Positions 56,406 to 64,000 of a stretch of 64,000 nt of DNA are shown in pieces. Every line of letters begins with the position of its first letter. Position 1 is the first letter of the stretch. A model generated the notes under the pieces. It was not told where the DNA came from, made no database searches, and was given only the letters and a program-made list of their open reading frames with translations. Made by a program: the position numbers and the translations under genes. Source of the stretch: a virus; IMG/VR virus record IMGVR_UViG_3300027754_003462. One strand, given 5' to 3'.

Positions 56406-57859
56406 GATTGTTTAATCTTTCCCAGCAGTTGTTTTAGTTTTGCGCTTTGCACATCTGCTGAAACTTTGCCTGTTTCCTGTGGGCCTTTTTCCCAAGCAGG
56501 AGTTCCTGTGGCTCGCTCCCATGGTGGGGATGATTCACTTGACTCTACAGTGTCGGCTGGCTTAACTTGACTGCGAGCCTTGATTGAGTCCATGATACTG
56601 CTTTGGGGTTTGTTGTAACCAGTTCCTTCGTCCCCACCTTCATCAGTAATGCGCATGGTTTCAATGTTGTATTCAAGGTCAATCTTTTGTCCCACACCTG
56701 TTGAACTACGACTCTTCATACATTGTATTTGATACTTGCCACGCTCTTTCATGGCACGACTTGTAAAGATACCAAACACATTGTCTGCTGTGTTGATCTT
56801 GGAAATACCGCCTGATATGTGCGAGTGATCAAATTCAATCTCTTCCACAGCACTACGATTCAACTGCGATGCTGTTACCATTAGCACTGCCAACTCTTTG
56901 GCCAAGTTACGCAGTTCTTCACTCACATACTTGTCTTTAACAAACAAGTCGTTGGGTGAGACTTTGGCACTCACAGGCATCAACAAATCCAAATAGTCAA
57001 TCATCACAAAGTCTACCTTCTTGCCTGTTTGAATTTGATACTCTTTCAAATAAGCACGAATGTCATTGATGTTGCTCTGGGCTGGCAATCCTTTCACTTG
57101 ATAGTTGCCTGACTTCTTGGCCACAAGTTTTACCTTGAGTTCAGTTGTATCAATATCTTTGCGAATGTCCTTGGTGCTCATGTTTGTTAACATAGCATCT
57201 GTTCGCAAACTTGTGAGTTCTTCTGATAGTTCAAGTGTGATATACACCCCACTCAGGCCTTGTTGTAACCAGTTGAGTGCAATGTTCATCATCACAAGAC
57301 TCTTACCCGAACCCGATCCTCCGGCAAAGATGTTGAGTTCACCACGACTGAATCCGCCATACAACAATCTATCCAGTTGTGGCCATCCTGTGCTTACTTG
57401 CCCGCCCGAGTTAAAGTATTTCTCAATGCGAGCCTTAGGATCAGCAAAGTAATCCGTGCCCATGTCTTTAGTAAGTGATATCTGTACTGCATCTTTGATA
57501 AGTTTCTCAACGGGTTCAAACTCGCCTTTCTCCAACAGGTCTGCTGATTTTAAAATTGCACGTTCAAGTTCTTGGCGCCGGGTAAATGCTTCAAACTCGC
57601 CCATGAACCAGTCAAAGTGGCCTTCGTTCAAGTCCGGCACTGGCGCAAGTTTAATGCCTGTAGTCGCAGAGATCTGTGACCTGTCGGGCATGGTCTTGTG
57701 TTTGTCAGTGTGTTCTTTAATGAACTCAGCCGCTGGTCTTAGACTTCGGTCAAAGTTCTGCGGATTGTAGATGTTTTGAACACGCACATAACTTGTGGCG
57801 TCTTCCAGCATCATTTCTAGAAATAGTCTTTGGACGTCAAGTCCGTATTCTTTTAACAT
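56402..57859 (-). CDS. replicative DNA helicase (T4 gp41/DnaB-like)
   Basis: GGSGSGKS, TLEL, IDYLDL, TASQLNR, KSR. Confidence 0.93.
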   Translation of the reverse strand: MLKEYGLDVQRLFLEMMLEDATSYVRVQNIYNPQNFDRSLRPAAEFIKEHTDKHKTMPDRSQISATTGIKLAPVPDLNEGHFDWFMGEFEAFTRRQELERAILKSADLLEKGEFEPVEKLIKDAVQISLTKDMGTDYFADPKARIEKYFNSGGQVSTGWPQLDRLLYGGFSRGELNIFAGGSGSGKSLVMMNIALNWLQQGLSGVYITLELSEELTSLRTDAMLTNMSTKDIRKDIDTTELKVKLVAKKSGNYQVKGLPAQSNINDIRAYLKEYQIQTGKKVDFVMIDYLDLLMPVSAKVSPNDLFVKDKYVSEELRNLAKELAVLMVTASQLNRSAVEEIEFDHSHISGGISKINTADNVFGIFTSRAMKERGKYQIQCMKSRSSTGVGQKIDLEYNIETMRITDEGGDEGTGYNKPQSSIMDSIKARSQVKPADTVESSESSPPWERATGTPAWEKGPQETGKVSADVQSAKLKQLLGKIKQS

Positions 57860-58971
57860 TGTATAATTGGTCCCTGGAGACTAAGTCTCCAATTTGTGTT
57901 TCTTATTTTATCTAGTTTTTCAAAATAATCAATCCATTCAGTGGATTGCGACGATCCTAGTTGTGATAACAGGCCGCTGGCACCTGGCAACTCTATAATA
58001 GATTGTAACACATCTTCAGCAGAATTATGTAACATACTGGGAAAATTTTTTAGTGATAAAACCTTTCCACCATACGATGATGGCTCAATTGCACGTACAA
58101 ATATTTGACTAGAATCTCCTTGATTTCCATTTTGGCAGTGATTTTTCCACCATTCAAAAAACTCAGGCATATTAAAAATATTATGTATTCCTACTATAGC
58201 ATTAACTTCAATTAAAATACAAGGACCGTCCAAATTTCTAAACCATTGAATATTTTTTTGTGTCTGGTCCCAGTTGGCCGGAAATCTAGTGTATTCAAAT
58301 GTTGTACCTATACCGTCAAGACTAAAAAATAACCGAATCCATTTTGCCTGGCACCATAGATCTATCAGTTCCTGATCGGGCAAAATAGTTCCGTTTGTAT
58401 TGTACGTCAATGAGACTTCGGGAAGGCGTCCAATGTTTTTGAGATGCATTAATATTTTTTTATTGTCAGGGTTTAAGAGTGGTTCCCCTCCAGTAAAATG
58501 CAACTGGCTTACTTCGCTTAGGTCTAAATCTTGCCAAACGGATTCAGGATTCTTTTTCAAACGGATTAGGGGAATTGTGTTATCAAACAAGTGATAGTGT
58601 GAATTCCAAGAACTACTATATCGAGAACTGCAAGATATACATGTGAGATTGCAAATTAAACTTTGTTCAAGATGTAATTTTTTAATTTTTGTTCCGGAGT
58701 CGTCCCAAATTGTTTCGTTTTGTGTGCGTTCTCTTTCGTTGGCAATGTGTCCTGACATTTTACAATATGATGAGCATTTGTCAGGCACACGGTCCTGGGA
58801 TTGGCGCCTAATAGATTGCAGATAGTCATGATCAAACATTACTTTTTCAACAGATTTTTTATTCTGCCAACAACACATAGAAATTTGAGTGCTACCTTGA
58901 GGAGTACTACCAATGAATAGTCCTTGATCATAGTATGGACAAAAACAATCACTGGCGTAGTCTTTTAACAA
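57853..58971 (-). CDS. radical SAM protein
   Basis: CNLTCISC, FTGGEPL, NTNG, SLDG; TTG start. Confidence 0.88.
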   Translation of the reverse strand: MLKDYASDCFCPYYDQGLFIGSTPQGSTQISMCCWQNKKSVEKVMFDHDYLQSIRRQSQDRVPDKCSSYCKMSGHIANERERTQNETIWDDSGTKIKKLHLEQSLICNLTCISCSSRYSSSWNSHYHLFDNTIPLIRLKKNPESVWQDLDLSEVSQLHFTGGEPLLNPDNKKILMHLKNIGRLPEVSLTYNTNGTILPDQELIDLWCQAKWIRLFFSLDGIGTTFEYTRFPANWDQTQKNIQWFRNLDGPCILIEVNAIVGIHNIFNMPEFFEWWKNHCQNGNQGDSSQIFVRAIEPSSYGGKVLSLKNFPSMLHNSAEDVLQSIIELPGASGLLSQLGSSQSTEWIDYFEKLDKIRNTNWRLSLQGPIIQC

Positions 58972-59938
58972 GTTGTTTCTTCCTTATTTCTATTTTGATT
59001 CGGCTGGTTTCTCTCGAGGCCATAATAGTTAGCAAAGCCCCCAGGCGGCCTAGTTTTATCACAGCGTCATTGACATCTTTGCAACCCGCTGGCCACTCGG
59101 GTATGCTCACTGCCCAGCCCAGTTCCACAGCACGGTCGATCAGTTCTACGCCGGCTGTGTCTTGATCTGGCACCACAGTGACTTCACGACCAAGACTGCG
59201 AATTAATCTTGCTTGGCCATCGCTGATGGTATTGTGCATCACAGCAAGTCCACCGATTGAGAGTGCATCAAAGATACCCTCAGTAACAATCACATGTTGC
59301 CAGTCTGCATGTTGTAAATCTGTACCAAACACATAGCCCGGTTGTGAGTGATTGATGTACCGGGGCTGTTTGTCATCTAAGAATCTAGCAGTCCAGCCTA
59401 TCACTCGGTTGTCATATGTAAACGGTACCAACACAAATGGCCTTGTCCAATGAACCCCATCAGTTTTGATCGATGTCATTATGGGAAAGTCTTCAGGCAC
59501 GCCACGCCGGCGTATGTAATCCCAGTACAGCGGATGTTCAGGTGTGACCACTTCTGAGAACGGGGGGAAGTCGTCTGCTTCTTCAAACTCAATGGCACTG
59601 AGTGCATTGAATACTCGTTGTCGATCTTCCAAGATGCCGTGTATGCTACGATGACGCAGACTTTCAAGATTGAGCATTTCAATCTCGTTATCCGGCACAC
59701 CCATCCATCCTAACAATCTCTTGGCTTTGAAACTGACAGTACGGCCTAGAATGAAACTGGCTGTGTATGAGCAATTGAAGCAATGATAACTCCAGCCCGA
59801 TTCAGTTGCTTTGATACCACCACGTCCACGCCGGTCTTGGCTGTTGCCATTATGAGTGCAACATACCGCATTGAAACTCAGCCAGCCTTGTGGACTGGGT
59901 TTTCTTTTTGCAGGTAGGTAAGCAAGGATGTCTAGCAT
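58949..59938 (-). CDS. DNA primase (gp61-like)
   Basis: Zn finger (CC.H...HCFNC); TOPRIM TEGIFDAL, PDQD, KDVND. Confidence 0.9.
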   Translation of the reverse strand: MLDILAYLPAKRKPSPQGWLSFNAVCCTHNGNSQDRRGRGGIKATESGWSYHCFNCSYTASFILGRTVSFKAKRLLGWMGVPDNEIEMLNLESLRHRSIHGILEDRQRVFNALSAIEFEEADDFPPFSEVVTPEHPLYWDYIRRRGVPEDFPIMTSIKTDGVHWTRPFVLVPFTYDNRVIGWTARFLDDKQPRYINHSQPGYVFGTDLQHADWQHVIVTEGIFDALSIGGLAVMHNTISDGQARLIRSLGREVTVVPDQDTAGVELIDRAVELGWAVSIPEWPAGCKDVNDAVIKLGRLGALLTIMASRETSRIKIEIRKKQLVKRLRQ

Positions 59939-59969
59939 TCAACTAGTATAACACAATTGTCACACTAGA

Positions 59970-61040
59970 TCAACGATATTGAACGTTTTGTACTCGTCCG
60001 TTTGTAAATAGTGCAGTGGCACTTACATTGCTTTGGAATTGAACTGGCAAGTAGCCCGATCCGCCATTGGTAACAGTTACCCCGGCAACACCACCGTTGG
60101 GATCAATTGTACAGGTAGCAGTTGCACCCGAACCATCACCTAGGATTTCAACCAAGGGCGGTGCCACATAGTACACGCCGGCATTGGTTATACTGACCGA
60201 AGTTACCACATTATTTGTGACTTGTACTGTGCCCGCGGCACCATAACCAATTGAGTTGTTGAATGCCAGGCGCAACAATGGATGGAAGCCAACCACGTTG
60301 AAATAATCACTTATGGTTTCGCCAAGATATTGTCTTGACTCTGTCACATTGTACCAGACTGATTCATAGTTCTGGGCGGCTTGTATTTTGACTGTGCCTG
60401 TGTAGCCCACCAAGTCATACTTGACTGTGGTCAGGCTTGCGCCGTTTGTGGGCATGAAACTACTGTAGAATTCCGTTGCTTGAATAGCATTGATCGGTTG
60501 TGGTGTCAGTGCCCAGTCTGGCCATTGTGTTGGACCCACGCCAAAGTAGTTGTTCTTGCCGTACATGTCAGGCACAGTGCATTCTGCGGCTGGTATGTGT
60601 TGCGGCAGCACAGAGTCCACAATGTTGCAGTCTGCTCTGGCTTGTGAGTTAGCATCTGTATACGCGGCCTGCACATAGTTGCCGGCTGTGCGTTGTATGC
60701 TGTAACTGGCAGGCTGTGCTTGAATGTTGATTGTGTCAGTGTTATCAAGCACAACTTTGACTCTGCCCAGTGCGGAACTTAGGATTTCCATGGGCTTGGT
60801 AACCAGGAGTTCATCTCCTGTTTGATTTACCACACGGAAAACAAAACTAGAGCCTGCAATATTCACAGGTTTCTGGTCTTGATTTATAAATTCAAAGAGT
60901 AGAACATTGTCCACTCCCTTGTTGATTGTTAGTTGTTTTGCGTACACTGGGTCGTACCTCTTTGTAAAATATCCGCCACTGGTGTCTATCAAAAGTACCC
61001 GGACGAGTTGTTGGTATAAGTAAACGGTGGTTGAATACAT
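59970..61040 (-). CDS. probable virion structural protein
   Basis: KGVDN..F.F.NQDQKPV; C-terminal V..V.ITN.G..Y...P repeats. Confidence 0.7.
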   Translation of the reverse strand: MYSTTVYLYQQLVRVLLIDTSGGYFTKRYDPVYAKQLTINKGVDNVLLFEFINQDQKPVNIAGSSFVFRVVNQTGDELLVTKPMEILSSALGRVKVVLDNTDTINIQAQPASYSIQRTAGNYVQAAYTDANSQARADCNIVDSVLPQHIPAAECTVPDMYGKNNYFGVGPTQWPDWALTPQPINAIQATEFYSSFMPTNGASLTTVKYDLVGYTGTVKIQAAQNYESVWYNVTESRQYLGETISDYFNVVGFHPLLRLAFNNSIGYGAAGTVQVTNNVVTSVSITNAGVYYVAPPLVEILGDGSGATATCTIDPNGGVAGVTVTNGGSGYLPVQFQSNVSATALFTNGRVQNVQYR

Positions 61041-61060
61041 AGGATCCTCAGCAAGTATTT

Positions 61061-61438
61061 ATGGGTAACAATATCTTTGAAAAATTGACAGAAAAATATC
61101 CCTTCATAACATTGTGCATTTATGCCAATGCAGAATATGTGGGTGTGGTACAAAACAGGGACGATATTGTTACAACTATCTACGACTTTGGCAGTATCTT
61201 GGACCAAGAATCCAAGATACTGTTCCTGGAATTGGCCAGCACTTGGTGGTGGGAAAGCAATCGATCAATCCCCATAAACATATTCCTGCGCCGAGACTGG
61301 GAACAGTTCCGCTATACCCTGCGCACTTTTGTCAACAAAGATCTAGAGATCTTGCACGGTCCTGCTTGCAGTTTGCTGGACATAGTGCGCAAGAAAAGCA
61401 AACGCAAATCAATTACTCTTGTGCGACGGATGGACTAG
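61061..61438 (+). CDS. conserved hypothetical protein (125 aa)
   Basis: YPF..EYVG..YD..WWWESNRSIPINIFL. Confidence 0.8.
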   Translation: MGNNIFEKLTEKYPFITLCIYANAEYVGVVQNRDDIVTTIYDFGSILDQESKILFLELASTWWWESNRSIPINIFLRRDWEQFRYTLRTFVNKDLEILHGPACSLLDIVRKKSKRKSITLVRRMD

Positions 61439-61982
61439 TAAGATTCATGTGTAATGCTACCAGGGCCGCGTAGGAAACTGCGTGGCTTTTTTTGAATGTG
61501 TAGCCTCGAGATTCGTCACCATCCCACACACTCTCAAATACTTCTGCCCAAGGGCGTGTTTGTAAGTGTGCTTTGCCCGGGCGAATAACGGATATAAAAG
61601 CCGCCATCCTGGGTATTGAATCTGGTTTCATCACACGTAGCAAATCTGTATAATTGCCCACGTGTACTAACTGACTGGCCCAGGCATGATCTGTCCACAG
61701 TCTTTCCCAAGGTGGGGTGGTTGTGAGCATGGCTTCATAGTGTGCAGGATCCTGGACCAACTGATACACACTCATGTTTAGGAAGTCCAGTTTAAAATAT
61801 CCACGCTGTTCTGCTTCTTCGTAATCTATTGCGGCGCACTGATTCACAGGATCCCAGGGAATGTCTGATACATATATACCTGAGTTGTGTTTACGTCCAT
61901 TGCTTTGTCGTGCAGGCACATGCTGAATCAATTTCAGTACGTCCTCGCGATTCGCAAAATCTAAATCTATATCTGCGCTCAT
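61413..61982 (-). CDS. miniature DNA polymerase III alpha (DnaE)-like palm protein
   Basis: DIDLDF, HNSGIYV, FKLDFL, IRPG, GYTFKKSHAVSYA in DnaE order. Confidence 0.8.
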   Translation of the reverse strand: MSADIDLDFANREDVLKLIQHVPARQSNGRKHNSGIYVSDIPWDPVNQCAAIDYEEAEQRGYFKLDFLNMSVYQLVQDPAHYEAMLTTTPPWERLWTDHAWASQLVHVGNYTDLLRVMKPDSIPRMAAFISVIRPGKAHLQTRPWAEVFESVWDGDESRGYTFKKSHAVSYAALVALHMNLTSPSVAQE

Positions 61983-62656
61983 TACCAGCCTGCCTTGTTC
62001 AATATATCTTTCACATACTCTTGATCTGCTGGGTAGTTGGTAAACTTCTTTTGCCAGGCGTCCGAATCAATGTAGGGCCAGACCATGGCCACTTGTTCTG
62101 TGCTCAATTCGCTGAGAAACTTTTGTCCTGATTCACTATTATAAATTATCCAAGGTGATATACGTCCGGCCGTGACAGCATAACATAGACTATTGGTGTT
62201 GCCATAACGCATCCAGTCATGTGCAGGATTACCTGTTTCTTCTGCCCAACGTATGCTGTGTTCTATTGCTCGAGCCAGGGCATCGTCCACTGCTTCCACA
62301 CGCAGGTATTCTATTAAGTACTCTGTGTAGATTTTGTCACTGCACCAATGATCAATTTTCTTTTGTGCCTTCAGCAACCAGGTCATGAAACGTGCGGGCG
62401 CAACCACATGTGTGTTTACACAATAGTTTCCAAACTTGACAAATGCTCGGTAGTAAGGGCTGTCACAAAAGTCATCGTGTGTTTTGTTTCGGGCCGATCC
62501 TTGCATGGTTTCATAGAACTTGATATAGGCTTGAAATCCCATGCGTACACCTGCTTCGTCTCGAGCAAGTCTTCTGCGCTTGGGCTCACACGAATGCACC
62601 AACAGTGAAGTTTCTTTCATGAATGTTTTCTTGCAATACTCACACGTGAATGTCAT
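61982..62656 (-). CDS. hypothetical protein with N-terminal C2HC-type zinc finger
   Basis: CEYC..F..E..L..H.C. Confidence 0.75.
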   Translation of the reverse strand: MTFTCEYCKKTFMKETSLLVHSCEPKRRRLARDEAGVRMGFQAYIKFYETMQGSARNKTHDDFCDSPYYRAFVKFGNYCVNTHVVAPARFMTWLLKAQKKIDHWCSDKIYTEYLIEYLRVEAVDDALARAIEHSIRWAEETGNPAHDWMRYGNTNSLCYAVTAGRISPWIIYNSESGQKFLSELSTEQVAMVWPYIDSDAWQKKFTNYPADQEYVKDILNKAGW

Positions 62657-63099
62657 TTTTTCTCGTTACCTGCGGCTCGATTGTATGCGTCTATTTCTTT
62701 TTGGGTTGTTATTTGTGCCATGACATCTATCTCGTCATCTTTGTAGGTGGGATACATGGCCATCAATGCCTTGCGTTTGGCACTGAGTCCTGCTTCTTTT
62801 TTCTTAGGGGCTATCCAAGGATGTCGTGGTGTGCCCATACCTGGACTTACGCTTGTGGCCATGAGCCAGTGTAGTTTAGGATGCTTACTCACATCAAAGA
62901 AGTGTTTGTTCAGGCGCTCATTGCAACTGATAACATAGAACTCTTGTAATTCTCTTGAACCTTCCACTGAACTTCCCCAACGTATCATGAGATAGTTCGA
63001 AAACTTTTTCTTTTCTTCTGGGGTCAAGTCATCGTAAAATGTCCTAACCTTGCGGTCAAACATACGCATCTCGTTGGCAATGTTCAGTTTATCACTCAT
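62653..63099 (-). CDS. putative clamp-loader small subunit (gp62-like)
   Basis: K.FS.Y...RW.S, N..N, HPKL.W, H.WI..KK pattern; replication context. Confidence 0.6.
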   Translation of the reverse strand: MSDKLNIANEMRMFDRKVRTFYDDLTPEEKKKFSNYLMIRWGSSVEGSRELQEFYVISCNERLNKHFFDVSKHPKLHWLMATSVSPGMGTPRHPWIAPKKKEAGLSAKRKALMAMYPTYKDDEIDVMAQITTQKEIDAYNRAAGNEKK

Positions 63100-63397
63100 C
63101 AGTCTTGGTCAGTCGGTAGATCATTATAGCATGATCCAGTGAATCTTGTAAAGTGGGATTGGTCTTTGCGGCACGCCGGATCTCAGCCCACATCTTGTCT
63201 TCTATAATGTGATCGTGTAAAGGTCTTCCGTCGTTTGTTCTTGAATCCCAGTCATGTGGTATCTTTTGTCCTGTGATAGGATCGTATTCGTATCCTACTA
63301 CTGTTCGATCACCTGGATCAGCACCAAACTCCCGAGCATAAACCACACCATTGGCACGTTCGTATATGTACTTGGTGTCAGGTTTGAGTTGTGACAT
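63092..63397 (-). CDS. hypothetical protein (101 aa)
   Basis: YIYER..GVVYAR motif; coupled ORF. Confidence 0.75.
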   Translation of the reverse strand: MSQLKPDTKYIYERANGVVYAREFGADPGDRTVVGYEYDPITGQKIPHDWDSRTNDGRPLHDHIIEDKMWAEIRRAAKTNPTLQDSLDHAIMIYRLTKTDE

Positions 63398-63897
63398 TAC
63401 CAGGCCAGATTATAGTTGACAATTTCACAGTTGCGGCTGACGTCTTTCACAAAGTACACACAGTCAGGTTCAGCATCATCGTTCAAGGGCACAGCCAACA
63501 TCTGACCGTTCTTGAGTTTGGGTGCGTACCAGTTGACCTCATGATACACATCTAGTATTTCGATGTCCGGGAAGGAGGGTCTATAACTGCTCAGGGGATT
63601 GAATTGAAATACTTTAAAGCCTCTGTCATTGATCGAAGTCAACGGTAGCACTTCAAGATCACCAACGTCAGGTTCACCAATCAAGATCTGCCAGTCCATG
63701 GGCATTTTGATTGTTTGTGTTCCGATACGCAACACCAGGGCAGGTGCATTAAAACTCTCTAAAAAGATCAGCGGAATAAAGTGATAGTCTGGTTCTACTG
63801 GATTTGAGTTGTCAAGTATGGCAAAACGCATGTCATCAACTTCTTCGGGCAGTTGATTTAGATCGTAATAGGTGTTGTCAAGTGTTAGTATTCTCAT
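63397..63897 (-). CDS. conserved hypothetical protein (166 aa)
   Basis: PLIFLESF.APA; WYAPKLK. Confidence 0.8.
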   Translation of the reverse strand: MRILTLDNTYYDLNQLPEEVDDMRFAILDNSNPVEPDYHFIPLIFLESFNAPALVLRIGTQTIKMPMDWQILIGEPDVGDLEVLPLTSINDRGFKVFQFNPLSSYRPSFPDIEILDVYHEVNWYAPKLKNGQMLAVPLNDDAEPDCVYFVKDVSRNCEIVNYNLAW

Positions 63898-63928
63898 AAT
63901 TGTATGTTACAGGATTTGTCGGAGGAAG

Positions 63929-64000
63929 TCAAGCAATCTTCATCCATTCTAGTTTTTCTGCTGAGAAAGGATAGTTGGCTTCCCGGTAGAACTGTTTGCG
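63929..64000 (-). CDS. C-terminus of a probable UvsW-like SF2 helicase (partial)
   Basis: ...RKQFYREANYPFSAEKLEWMKIA*; R..FY.E..Y.F end resembles UvsW. Confidence 0.55.
   Translation of the reverse strand, partial: RKQFYREANYPFSAEKLEWMKIA

Noticed and set aside
1-64000. Bacterial chromosome origin, suggested by clpP/clpX/rpsU/iscU/nrdAB
   Set aside because: These genes are interspersed with PAAR, tail, gp41/gp61/gp62-like genes, T4-late-like promoters and many phage-type hypotheticals, and bacterial operon contexts (tig-clpP-clpX-lon, iscRSUA-hscBA, rpsU-dnaG-rpoD) are absent.
1-64000. tRNA genes or stop-codon reassignment
   Set aside because: No convincing cloverleaf with a T-loop was found by eye in the short intergenic gaps (tRNAscan-SE would be decisive), and known genes are full length in the standard code.

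Overview
This window is a 64 kb segment of a large lytic tailed-phage genome. It is T4-like and myovirus-type, of the kind common in freshwater metagenomes, and most genes lie on the - strand. It carries replication and repair genes (primase, gp41/DnaB-type helicase, gp62-like clamp-loader subunit, ATP-dependent ligase, PD-(D/E)xK nuclease, UvsE, probable UvsW C-terminus, nrdA/nrdB/glutaredoxin) and virion genes (PAAR spike, beta-helix tail protein, probable head/internal proteins). It also has an unusually rich set of host-type genes: ClpP x2, ClpX, ClpS, Hsp20, ribosomal protein bS21, YccA/BI-1, IscU/IscA, three radical SAM proteins, an outer-membrane beta-barrel, a phasin-like protein, a Ugd/2OG-oxygenase/amidinotransferase operon, and a four-gene lipid cluster (PlcP-like phospholipase C, Agt-like glycosyltransferase, Mpo1/DUF962-like protein, delta-9 desaturase). 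Two promoter classes are visible: sigma70-type TTGACC-N17-TATAAT with a repeated upstream dyad, and T4-late-like TAAATA. The main leads are a phage-borne phospholipid-to-glycolipid remodelling module, a 189-aa minimal DnaE core that keeps all three catalytic Asp motifs, a Pol-beta-NTase/ligase-like fusion among the virion genes, two candidate structured RNAs, and ROSE-like thermometers. The host is probably a betaproteobacterium (inference). No tRNA, rRNA or CRISPR array was seen. All annotations come from motif recognition by eye; no database searches were run.
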